A stretch of DNA of 63,993 nucleotides, filler included, from Diploschistes diacapsis (taxonomy: Eukaryota): assembly GCA_023645945.1 (NCBI GenBank). It is 6 parts of 6 records of this genome, joined end to end, with 100 filler letters (N's around TTAATTAATTAA, not from the genome) between each part and the next. Parts side by side here need not be neighbours in the genome. Positions count along the whole stretch, not along the records: positions 21,679 to 32,404 come from JALAIB010000898.1; positions 32,505 to 43,216 come from JALAIB010000899.1; 4 more parts are not named here. The stretch is one strand, 5' to 3'. The notes beneath the pieces are model-generated. The model had not been told where the DNA came from, made no database searches, and was given only the letters and a program-made list of their open reading frames with translations. This document shows positions 24,393 to 36,016 of this stretch, piece after piece. Made by a program: the position numbers and the translations under genes. Each line of letters starts with the position of its first letter. The stretch's first letter is position 1.

Positions 24393-24904
24393 ATGCATCC
24401 CACCTCGATTCTTCGCATGCATCAAACTCGATCTTTGCGATATCCTGTTCCTGTAAGAACCCTCTCACATACATTCCTCTAGCTAGACTTGACTGAATAC
24501 ATTGTTAGAAAGAAGAGCACAGCGGTGGGTTGAATGCACTTTCAATGCATCTAGTAACCTTCAGCTGCTAACATAGCATGTCGCCCTAGCACATACAATA
24601 ACCCAAAGACTTCGGTATAGTGATGATATATTGTTCCGGATCCAATTAACAACTTTAAAGAAGCTTGAAAAAAATCCCGCCTGAGCTTATTCCACTTGGT
24701 TAGTACCAATCCACACGTGTCGTTAATTGCTAATATCCTGAAACTGTAGGGGTCGTTCTAGGGTCGGTTTTTTCCTCGAATAAGGTACACAGACCTCGCT
24801 AACCGCCATTAAGGGTTGCCATAGGAGCGGCCTTCTATTCAATGGGAAACAAGCTTATGAGTGACAAGACTCTCCGTCTAACACGCACGGGAAAGAAGGA
24901 ATGA
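24393..24904 (+). CDS. Small single-TM mitochondrial protein, NDUFA4/MLRQ (B12D)-like, 80 aa, 6 exons
   Basis: Exons 24393-24452, 24509-24524, 24590-24614, 24661-24698, 24750-24762 and 24814-24904 splice in frame to MHPTSILRMHQTRSLRYPVPKEEHSAHTITQRLRSLKKIPPELIPLGVVLGVAIGAAFYSMGNKLMSDKTLRLTRTGKKE. Confidence 0.8.
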
Positions 24905-25057
24905 GCCAGCAAGTAAGGACCGTTCTGGACTTGGGGGCCGTGGAGATCTGCACGTAGACAGTTCGCCGCATACAATTGGCATACAAATTGGCCTAACACA
25001 TTTCAGTGTCTTGTATAATCTCGTGGAGCGCTGATGCTACCATGTTGAGATAGTTAC

Positions 25058-25589
25058 TTAGTTGTCGAACGCTTGTACCGGCTGTGGCCCTGCAAAATCC
25101 AACTGAACAAGTTCCGCCACATGTCTACTTTCCGAATCCATAATGGCAGTGCTCTCTTTATCCACTGGGCTACTCTTTTGATTTCCCTCGCTTTGGGCGT
25201 GTTGCGCTAGCCAGCCCTCCTAGCCAACAGATTAACATCTACTCTGTTTTCGCGAGAGGATCACGTACCTGTTCCCATACAGCAACCTTGCTGCCTAGTC
25301 CCTCGTTACCCTCCTTTTGGGGTTTCGCAGGTGCAACTTTGAGCACCCGCCCGAAGAGTTCACTTTGGTCCATATTGTCAATCGCTTCTTGGGCGTCTTC
25401 AGCGAGCTCGAATTCAACGTAGCCAAAGCCTCTATGCGGATCTGCTGACGAGATGGCTTCGGGTTTGGGGATGGATATGTCTACTACTTCTCCAAAAGGT
25501 AGAAACGCCTCTGAGAGAATGCGCTCGTCAACTGCGTTATCTAAGCCTCCAACGTAGACCGTAGCCTTGAGACGGGCCATGTTGGCCAT
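25058..25589 (-). CDS. Single-RRM protein related to the RRM of cyclophilin E (PPIE/Cyp33), without a PPIase domain
   Basis: RNP2 VYVGGL, RNP1 RGFGYVEF, AIDNMDQSELFGR. Intron 25220-25268; second exon ends at stop 25058-25060. Confidence 0.85.
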
Positions 25590-26846
25590 TGCTCGCCGAA
25601 GAATTTGGAGGATGAGGAATTATAAGGAAAGTCTCTTGGGAGAAAATCGAACGCCAGCAAAAGGAAGAACAGGGAGGGTCCAATGTGAGATATTGGTATG
25701 TATTAGCCGGAGCTACATGCACTTTATAAACTAAAAAGTAAAGTTTTATACTATTATTTCAGTACGTAGAAGATGACTAGCGGCAAAGAATGTTAAGCAT
25801 TAGTAAAACTTAGCTGAGCAGCTATTTGCTCCATGTTAAATATGAAAGCCTCTACCCTCTCGGACCGTTGTTGATTCTCTGCGCCTAACAATTGAGCCTC
25901 CTTTAAGAATTAGGTTTATATATTGGAGAGATCTTATATATCGATTTAAAGTAGCCTCAGCCATTCTAAAATTAGTAAACGCAGCGAAGAGTTATTAATC
26001 CCTCAACACCTGCGGATTAAGTCCAAAAAATTCTCTTTGGTTGGCAATACCAGTAGATAGTGTCGTCTGGAGCTGCCACCAAGGTTCATTACAGAAAAAG
26101 AGTATAGTAGGCACAGACTTAGATTGCAGTGAAAATCGTTCAGAAAACTTATCTCCTCCTTTAAAGATAGCTATTTTTTGCACTAACTATATTTTTAAAG
26201 ATTTAAGTTTGGTGCTCTGTTGTCTTTATTATATTCAGTTGTTCCGAAGCCCGCTTTTCTCTGGTCTACGTCATACTTAGAATGGTATTATATCGAAAAA
26301 ACTAGTGAAACGTTTTGAAAGTGGTTTGTAAAATCATTTGGGGTAATACTGAGAATGATGCCGGCAGCATTACTGGAGATTATACTAAAAGCAATACTAA
26401 GTATAATACTAGGAGCTGCATTTGGAGCAATTCTGAAAATAATGATAAAATAAAATAATCGTAACTCTCGGATTTCATTATTTAAAGTATGGCACCCGAC
26501 GAATCGGAGTTTGCAGCTCCTCAGCGCGGTTCAAGCGTTAGCATGGCCCAGGTTCTTCTTGCATATACCACGGCAAAATCCGTTCCGCAAGCTAACAATT
26601 GAACCCCGCCAAAGGTTTGTAGTCTCGTTGTGCGGATATTTCAAGCTCAGAGGACACAATTCATTCACATACAGCTGATAACTGCTATGTAACTTGTTCA
26701 ACAGGAACGCCCGCGATATAAGCTCCAAATAACCATATCCATCACACACACAAAGGCAAGGCTTTGCCTACTATGATTTTCCGTTTGAGCTATTGTCCCC
26801 TTTCCTGCTAGTACATTCGTTCTCTGTCATTGAGCAGCGTATCAGA

Positions 26847-29800
26847 ATGGTACGCTTACGAGAAATCCCAAGAACTGCTACATTTGCATGGTCACCTGGA
26901 AGTGGGTTGCCACTCATAGCTACAGGAACAAAAGCCGGTGCTGTTGATGCAGATTTTTCAAGTGACACGCAGCTCGAATTGTGGAGCTTGGAACTACAAA
27001 ATGCTCACCAAAGCCTCGAGCTCCAGCCGTCGGCGGTTGTTGCGACAGACTCCCGGTAAACGTTATCCTGATCATAACAGTACCCAAACTGTATCCCCTA
27101 ATCCATTGTATAGATTTCACGATATTGCCTGGGTCAAAGGTCGTGATAGTGACGGAAAAGGGATCATTGCAGGCGCCTTAGAGAATGGATGTCTGGACTT
27201 GTGGGACGCAGAGAAGCTACTGAGGAAGGATAGGTCGTGACTATTATTTGGGCCAGATTGATAAAGCGTGCTGATCATATTAACAGCAACTCAATAATCT
27301 CGCGGACAACCAAACACACGGGCGCAATCAAGGCTTTGCAGTTCAATAGTTTTCGCTCGGAGCTCTTAGCCACTGCAGGCGCTAAAGGCGAAGTTATTCA
27401 AGAAACATGCCGGTGCCTTATGATCAGTTCGCTGATTCTCTTCTTAGCTTTTCATCTCGGATTTGAACAACGTTGCCAACCCTTTCAGATTGGGCAATAC
27501 GGCAGTCAGGGCTGATGATTTTGATTGCTTGGATTGGAACAAGAAAGTGCCTCATATCCTGGTCACTGGAAGCAATGGAGGCTTCGTGACGGTGTGGGAT
27601 GTGAAATCTAAAAAGGAGAGCTTGACCCTGAACAATTTCGGAAGGAAAGCTGTGAGTTCAGTAGTATGGGATCCTGAAAAGGTATGATCTTCGATTGTTT
27701 TACGGTTCGTCCACTTTGTGCCCGCACTTGCTAATGTCGTTCAGCCTACCCGTGTGATCACAGCAGTACCATTGGATACAGATCCTTTAATATTAGTTTG
27801 GGATCTTCGTAACTCGAATACTCCGGAAAAGGTAACACTCTTTTCGCTCCAAGATCTCAAAGCATCTGACGACCTTAGTTCTTACAAGGCCATGAAGGAG
27901 GTGTCCTCTCTCTCTCTTGGTGCCAGCAAGACAACGACTTGTTACTCTCATGTGGGAAGGACAATCGGACCATATGTTGGGATCCACAGACTGGCCAGGC
28001 TTACGGTGAATTCCCAGTGGTCACAAATTGGACTTTCCAAACAAAGTGGAATCCCCATAACCCCGGTCTTCTAGCCACCGCCTCGTTCGATGGCAAGATA
28101 TCTATTCAGACAATCCAGAATACTAAGGCAGATTCGAGTCAGAGTGCTCCAGCCCAGGCTCTGGATGGCGAGGACTTTTTCGATAAGGTACGGTCTCAGC
28201 CACAGGTTGCGTCGTTCTCTCTCCAGAAGCCTCCGAAATGGTTGCAACGCCCTTGTGGCGTCTCTTTTGGTTTTGGTGGGAAAATCGTGAAGTTTAACAT
28301 TGTACACTCGGATGTTGCGAGTTCTCTCAAAAGCGAGATCAGCATTTCCGACTTTGTTATCGATGGAGACATTGAGGCCATGACTGAAACTTTTGCCAAA
28401 GCAATGGGTCACAAGGACCTTAAAAATGTTTGCGAAACCAGAATAGGGCAAGCGACTTTAGAATCCGAAAAGACAGATTGGAGAGTTATTGAAACTTTAA
28501 TAGCGGAAAACCCTCGGAAGGAACTCATCAACTATTTAGGAATCTCCAACGCTGCTGAGAACGCCTCTGAAAAATCGGGCCAGAAGAATGGCGGAGTGGT
28601 GAATGATCAATCAGAGCCGTTGGACGATACTTCAGTGTCGAGAAAAACTGGACTATCTGCGTTCTTTGAAGCAGGTCAAGATGGTGATAATTTTTTAAAC
28701 GAACTGGCCTCCACTAAAGGCGCCAAAACTAACAATCCTTTTGATATCTACTCCGACTCTGAATCGGAAGCAGAGAAACGCATAATTCAGGCATTGTTAC
28801 TTGGCAATTTCGAAAGCGCTATGGACTGCTGCTTAGCAGAAGATCGACTATCGGATGCTTTTATGATTGCAATATGCGGGGGTCAGACCTGCATGGAAAA
28901 GGTGCAGAAAGCATACTTCAAGGGACAGGCCGCCGGTCCACGATACCTTCGCCTTCTGGCTTCAATTGTGGGGAAAAACTTGTGGGATGTCGTCTACAAC
29001 GCTAATCTACAGAACTGGAGAGAAGTTATGGCAACGCTATGCACGTACGCAAGTGCGGAGGAGTTTCCAGATCTCTGCGAGGCTTTAGGAGATCGCCTCG
29101 AGGATGAATCGCGAGACGAGACTACCGACCACAGTCACACAGAAAATGCCTCTTTCTGCTACATTGCAGGCTCGAAACTCGAAAAGGTAGTTGGTGTATG
29201 GATTGCGGAGCTGGAGTACAACGAGGAACGGAGTATGCAAGAAAGTGCAAACGGCTCCAGCTTTTCGATTCATGCTCGGTCTCTGCAGAATTTCATCGAA
29301 AAGGTTACCGTCTTCCGGGAGGTCACTAGATATCAAGACAAAGACCTTTCGGCTTCTGGTAACTGGAAGCTCGCTGCGCTTTATGAGAAGTACATTGAGT
29401 ATGCAGATATAATTGCGGCTCATGGTCAACTGCGCACGGCTGAAGGCTATCTTGATCTCCTACCTACCAAATATCCCGCAGCCGACGTTGCGCGCAACCG
29501 TGTGAGACAGGCGACTAGGAAGGCTGCGCCAGTCCCTAACACAAGACAGTCAACAACTACCACTGGTGCCTTCGTACCTTCGCGGCCTGCTTTTGAGGAG
29601 TCACAGCCTCATGTTTCCCAAACTTCTAGGCCTTATGCACCCTCGAATCTCCCTCAACCTTCCGTAGATTTCCTGCATAAGAGTCATGTGCCCCAAGCCA
29701 CCTCGACTTTTCAACCGTTACAGCCAGCGCAGGCTCCCTTTTCCCGTCCCATCGTTGCGCCACCGCCTTCATTCGGGACACCGAATCAGGGAGCTCCGCG

Positions 29801-30927
29801 AGGGCCCGGTGTTTCCTCTGGAGTAGCTCCGCCTTCCAGAGCATTGAACATGAGCAATTGGAACGACACTCCCGAAGAGTTTTTCAAGCCTTCAACATCC
29901 CGACGTGGCACACCAGGAGCTGCTCCTCCAGTGTTAAATTCGTCGCACCCAACTCAACCGTTTTCATCATCTTCGGCTCCTCCGGTTGCAGTTCAACCTC
30001 TCATCATTCCAAAAGCGACACCGGCCCCTCCGCCCCCACCCCCAAAAGGCCCTGCGCCTCCTCCTCGCACTCAGACGCCACAGATGGGCCAAGTTTATCA
30101 GCAGCAGCCTCCTGAGCGGCCTTCATCCTCCGCTGCCAACATCTATTCACCGCCCCCTGCTTACGCATCCGGGCAGCAACAGGCGCAGACACAAAGAGGC
30201 CCATCTCCTTACAACCCTCCGCCATCTAGTATGCAACCTGGACCAGGAAGATACGCTCCAGCTTCAGGTACTTCGCAGCAGTCGGCACCCCCACCTCAGG
30301 TTTCGCGCCCTCCCCCTCCACCAAATCCTTTTGCATCGCGACATACTTTTACGAGCCCTCAAGAAAATTCTTATGCGTCATCTATAGGTTCAGCCCCAGG
30401 TGCATCACTAGGCCCATCAACAAACACACGTGGAGAAGCTACGCAGCCGCCTGAAGCACAAAAACCATTAACCCCGAAGTATCGTAAGTATGCATCTTAA
30501 CAACAAAGTGAATAGCCTAACTAAGCGACCATCTAGCTCCTGGTGACCGCTCTCACATCCCTCTTGGTGCCCAGCAAATTTACGAATTACTCGGTCAGGA
30601 CATGCGACGCGTCAAAGCGAAAGCGCCTGCATCATTCAAAACTCATGTTATCGACACCGAAAGGAGGCTAAATCTCCTTTTTGATCATCTCAACAACGAA
30701 ACCCTGTTGACACCCGATACTATAAAGGATATGAACGAGTTAGCGGGTGCTATCAACGCAAAAGATTATGAGAAAGCAATGTCCATTCACAAAGACTTGA
30801 TCACAAATAAGACTGAACAATGTGGGAACTGGATGGTGAGTTGTCAATTTCACATACAAATACTAGGACTGACTTCGCACAGGTTGGGGTGAAGCGTCTA
30901 ATCAGCATGAGCGGAGCAACCCCCTAA
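26847..30927 (+). CDS. SEC31: COPII outer coat subunit Sec31, multi-exon
   Basis: [18 protein letters not shown]-terminus, WD40 repeats, PPKWLQRP, Pro-rich region and C-terminal [15 protein letters not shown]...WMVGVKRLI. Confidence 0.96.
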
Positions 30928-31249
30928 GAGCGGCAAGCTGAGCGCAATCCCGAGAATCTTTAAAGGGTTGGTTTGGATGCAGAGTTACATATATTGCATG
31001 CGGAACCCCCCATGACCTCCAGGTAACAACGTACTGTAGTAAGCTAAAGATGGACCTCGGAAACCTCCCTAGGAACAAAGGCCGCTTTAAACATGACAGA
31101 AAAATCCATCAGCCACAAAGAAGTACGAACAGGAATGGTGTATATAGAGCCTTCAGTCTTGAATTCTCCTGCTCTGTATCGAACCCATAGAATCACTGGC
31201 TTGCCCGCACTCACAGCTCGTGCTATGCCTCCTCGGACCTTGACCCTGG

Positions 31250-32110
31250 TTAGTTAAACTCATGCTCCTCTTTGCTATCGGAGTCCTCTTCTTCATCAAA
31301 GCCAAAGAATCTCACTGTAGACTGAACATCAACTGTGGAAGTATCGCTAGCGTTATTTGATGGTCCCCGGATAGGGATAGGCGTATCCCGTGCCTGCACT
31401 TCTCCACTGAGACTTGACGACTCGAGCGAATTTGAGTGACTGCCCATAACAGCTTGCATCGGACTAAGGGTGCTGTATCTGTTGTTTCCTTCTAGCATGA
31501 CTGCACGAACGGCTTCCCTTGTACGTTCTGCAGCCTCCTCTTTATCTTCCACCCATTGTCCATCAACTTTTGCTTTGCCGCCGCTTCGAATCTCCTCATC
31601 CCTTCTCTCAGCAACCTCCACAGCCTCTTGCCACCGTCTTCTACGGGCATCCCTTTCCCTCGTCTCCATGTCCGACTTTGTCGCTAAATATTCCGCCAAG
31701 GCCTTGGCTTCCGTCACAGTCCGTAACCTTCGGCCATCAAGATTGCGACTTGACCCATTATTTTCACCCTGATTTCTCCTCTTCCTGGAGGCCATGCGAC
31801 CCCCCGCTGCCCTCAATTGTGAACCAAAACCACCTTTGCCGCCGCGGAGCGGCACCACAATCCGTAGCGGCAAGAAATCGCGGCTAAGATTTTGCAAGAG
31901 TGACGAGACGGGTTCAGCCGATGTCGGTGATAGTTCTCTTCTTGACAAAGTTGTAATAACATAGCGAACCTCAAGAGGTGGTAGTCGCGACAGTATTTCA
32001 TGTCTAACATCGCGTATCGGCGTACATGAAGGTAGAGAGAGTGCGAGGGTCTGCGGAAGATTCAACCCAGAAAAGGATGTGAGAAGGAGGTTAATGAGCT
32101 TATCTGCCAT
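31250..32110 (-). CDS. SDE2: Sde2, ubiquitin-fold-activated splicing/silencing factor
   Basis: UBL followed by LRGG|KGGFGSQLRAAGGRM and RNLDGRRLR. Likely ATG at 32110. Confidence 0.92.
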   Translation of the reverse strand: MADKLINLLLTSFSGLNLPQTLALSLPSCTPIRDVRHEILSRLPPLEVRYVITTLSRRELSPTSAEPVSSLLQNLSRDFLPLRIVVPLRGGKGGFGSQLRAAGGRMASRKRRNQGENNGSSRNLDGRRLRTVTEAKALAEYLATKSDMETRERDARRRRWQEAVEVAERRDEEIRSGGKAKVDGQWVEDKEEAAERTREAVRAVMLEGNNRYSTLSPMQAVMGSHSNSLESSSLSGEVQARDTPIPIRGPSNNASDTSTVDVQSTVRFFGFDEEEDSDSKEEHEFN

Positions 32111-32404
32111 CTCTACCAGAATGGCAAGGGATGGTCGAATAACCAAATATCGCAGATCGAGCTGTTTGCTGATAGCAGTTTGGTTATTACCCAGGTCTCG
32201 GAGTATCAGATCAATAAACTAGTATGTGGGTCGGAGAACGATATCAAGAGTAACATAAAATCCCAGAACCCCCTGCAGAAGGCAAGTCTAATTCTGCTTA
32301 CTATAAATTGAACCTAATTCGCTATGACTTTGTTAGGTACTTAGATCTTTATATAATTTATATACAAATACATGTCATTTATAGAAATACGCAGAACTAT
32401 ATAG

Positions 32405-32504
32405 NNNNNNNNNNNNNNNNNNNNNNNNNNNNNNNNNNNNNNNNNNNNTTAATTAATTAANNNNNNNNNNNNNNNNNNNNNNNNNNNNNNNNNNNNNNNN
32501 NNNN
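32405..32504. other. Artificial contig linker
   Basis: 44N-TTAATTAATTAA-44N. Confidence 0.97.
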
Positions 32505-32998
32505 TCCCCCTCCCGACCCTTCCCCAGATGGCCGACCGCTACCGCTCCCGCTGCAGCATCCGTCCTGCCCGGAGCATGTGCAGTTCTCGACATCCTCCCC
32601 AAAATCAGCGCGCACCCGGGTTTGGCGTCTCTGCAGGTCCGGAACGGTCCGCGGGATACGTATGATCCTAGCAATTTTGTTAGGAAGAGGAGGCATGGGT
32701 TTTTGGCGAGGAAGAGGTCGAGGACGGGGAGGGTGACCTTGAAGAGGAGGAGGCAGAAGAAGAGGAATATGCTTAGCCATTGAAGTGGAGGTGGAGTGGA
32801 GGAACGGGATCGGCGGGAGCGTGGCAAAGAAAAGGCTACATTATACTCATTTTTTGTAAATGAGAGGGTTTCTACGCGGGGCAAGTACTTAGAATTCACG
32901 GCATTGGTGGGAGCTTTGATATCTGAGCGTTCCTAATATGCATAGAAGTTGGAGCGTTTGTTGCTCTATATGGTAGTTATACGACTAGCTCTGTACAA

Positions 32999-35738
32999 TC
33001 ATCTGTTCGCTCCTCTTCGGATCTCTTGGATAGCTTTTCGCCTATGATCGGAGTCCACAAAAAGCGCTTCAATCAGATCTACCACTTCTTCTGTGCTAAA
33101 CTCCAACGACAGTTCGCCTTCCGTCCAAAGGTACTTAATGTCAACTAGCGAACTCTCCAGAATGTTGGCAAGATACTGAAATTTGAGCCATGTGGAAGCG
33201 TATCCCGCGGTGAGCGGGATTGATTGCTCGTCTTGGTTCGTATGAGCCACTTGCTCTGGTAGAAAGAGCTCATCCAGGGCGGTAATGCTGTTACAAAATG
33301 AGGCCAGACGCTGCGACTCTGGTTCTGAGATGTTGCTCATATCCTCTATGTCGAGTATCATTTTGTTTGTTACGGTTGTAAGGAGGGAGCCGACCGACTG
33401 TAGCACAGCCGATTTCGCAAGGACTGCACTCCATTGCTTGTGAAGTTCGCGGATGCGGTCAATGATAGAGCTAACCGCAACGTCACATTCTTGAGCGAAC
33501 GGGGACTCTGTACAGTTCGCAAAGCCTTGGGCGCCATCCAATAGATCCGTCAGAATTGTCCTTTGTAATTGCATCTCCCTGCCATAGGCGCGTTTGCCGA
33601 ACAATTCGAGTGCAGCAATTTCATCGCCTAGGTCGAGGACACCTGCTCCACTGGCAAGCTGCCTTGTCGAAGAGTGGTGTTGGGCAAACGAGCGCAATTG
33701 TTCTGCAATATAGAGAGAATCATTGAAGAGGTACATGTTCCCATTCATGTGGTTACCATAGATATTTGGCGAATTAGCGCGAAACATAGACAGTAACGAG
33801 CCTGGTAAGGCATACAGACCTTTCGCTGCAGCAGCGACTGGGTTAGAAGAGATACTAAGACACGATTAGCATAACGCCGGGAACTCAAGCGGACAAAACT
33901 CACTCGACGCGGGCAAGAGCATCCGCGTCCTCAGCCGCGACTACGATAATCTCCAAGATCCGTTCTGGGAGCGAGGTAATATAGTATGTTTCCCGTAATG
34001 TTACCTCGCGTTCGCCCGAACCGTTCGCCGTCCTTGCAGGGCTTCCCTGCTTTCTTTTGGGTGGCTTACGCCGTGCAGCAGCTTCCTTTGCCAGAAATGG
34101 AGTCTTAGGCTGGTCTTCGTCTTCGTCTCCCCAGCCCCAAGCGTCGCTCTCATCATCATCGTCATTGTTGGAAGTTAGGTCGTTATTTTGGCCATGACCT
34201 TCGCTTTTATGCTCCATTTCTACCTCAGCATCGTCGAAACCCCAACCACTCACATCTTCGTCATCATCCACATTTGCACCACTCACGGCAGGTGCTCTGG
34301 CCTGAAGCTGTGCCGCTGCGCTTTCCTCATCCGACCATTCTGCACTCCAATCAGCTTGTTTAGTATTATCTGCAAAGACGTTGTCTTGGTTGCTAATTCT
34401 CTGTGTCTCCACGCGCTCAACAGATCGAGAATTGCCTAGCCCTACTTCGAGGAGCTGTCTGATTGACTTCAACGAGCTTTGGGACCTCCGCATCAGCCAA
34501 ATATTTGGCGCATCATGCACCCATTGCAAAAGCTCTTTGTGGCCATACCAACCATGACTCTCCAGAAGGTCCGCAAACTCGGTGGCTTTGACGAGGGTAT
34601 TCCGGAAAATTGAGATTCCGTCCAACTCGGTAGGTACAGCTGCTGCCAATGGGCCAGATAGAAGCATTGGTATCGCATGCAACAGCAAGGCTTCTACTAA
34701 AGGAGACGCAACGGAGTGCGGCAAACGGGAAGCTAGAAACCCAAGAGCTGCACCGATATCGGAAAAATATGTGGATATAGGTTTTTTCAAAGGCGCGGCA
34801 GTGAGCCGGAGCGTGTTCCCCTCCACTATAATAGACGACAATTCTCCGTCAGGGTGCACATGTAGACAAGGTCGGAGGATCGTCCTTTCAAAGTACCTGC
34901 GTAATGACACGATGCTGGCTTGAAGCAGGCCCAAAGTAGCCAAACTTTCAACAACAGCACTTAGCGTAAGGGACCCAGAGCTTGCTGCTCTAGTCAATAG
35001 AAGCCCAGGGACCTAAAGGTGAATACTTACATTCCAGAGTTTCGTAAATAGATATGCTAGGATCTACCACATTTAAATGTACTAGACCGCTCCAAGACTC
35101 CTCCAATTTTGCTGAGGTAGCGTTCTGTATATCATCTAATCGACTGCTGACCAGATCCACGACCCTTGTCCGTTCGCATCTTTTCAAGGCTTTCAAACGA
35201 TCTCTTGATTCGCTCAGCAATTGTGTAGCCCGTAGTAGCTCGTCTGCGTGAAGTGCCTGTTGCGCGGTATCTGTACTTTGTTTCAAACTCTGCACAGACT
35301 TGAAAGTGTCTACAAGCGTAGTATTGAATGCAGTTTCATTTCTCAGAAAGGAGACTTGTTTCGCTGCAACTTTTGCCTTTTCATGTAGCTCCTCTGCTTG
35401 TGCCGCAAAATCTAAAATACCTCGCGATTGTCGCAGCGACCCATCAATATCTGTCCGTAACTGTTTGGCTTGGCCGATCCATCCATCAATATCGGTAGCG
35501 CTCAGCTTGCTGAGCTCGCTGATGCTCGTCTTGGCAGGATGTCAGAGTGTTTCTCCTGCTGCGCTTGGTATTCAAGGTAGCTTACTTTAACATCGCTTCT
35601 CGCTTGCTCTAGCAACTTAGAGAGATCCTGAAGTGCTGGCGACTCGAGCTCTGCCGACACCACATTCTCAGACTCAGGGTAGCTCGAATCGATTATGGAC
35701 CGAAAAACAGGTTCGGTAAGATCCTTTCCTGCCGGCAT
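32999..35738 (-). CDS. Dsl1/ZW10-like tethering/kinetochore protein, 4 exons
   Basis: Four ORF pieces joined by GT-AG introns (~35534-35585, ~34990-35030, ~33855-33903). Acidic Trp-rich lasso (DWSAEW, GWGFDD, AWGWGD) and C-terminal LIEALFVDSDHRRKAI. Confidence 0.85.
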
Positions 35739-36016
35739 TGAATATATCGTGGTGTTTGAAGTACTACATAGCAGCTACCAGACAGCTATTGCATGCATCA
35801 TGATGCATAGGTAGCTAACTCGTACTGTACAAGTACTAAACTTGGCAATTGAACCTAACATTGTTAAGGCTGGCTCTGTTACTCTGGCGGAACGGAAGAA
35901 CAATAACCGGTGGCCAGTTTTTTTTGGTAATACAAACTATTTCATCTTCGAAGACTACAGCGTATATTAATATACCCCCGGAAAAGCTGCTTTAGACTGT
36001 TGCGTGGCCATTAACG

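Noticed and set aside
25700..26480. AT-rich patch with degenerate 12-nt repeats between the RRM gene and SEC31
   Set aside because: Probably an old repeat relic, but I found no termini or coding motif to support a call.
32505..32899. Minus-strand ORFs running into the linker
   Set aside because: Two competing frames, low complexity and no recognisable family.
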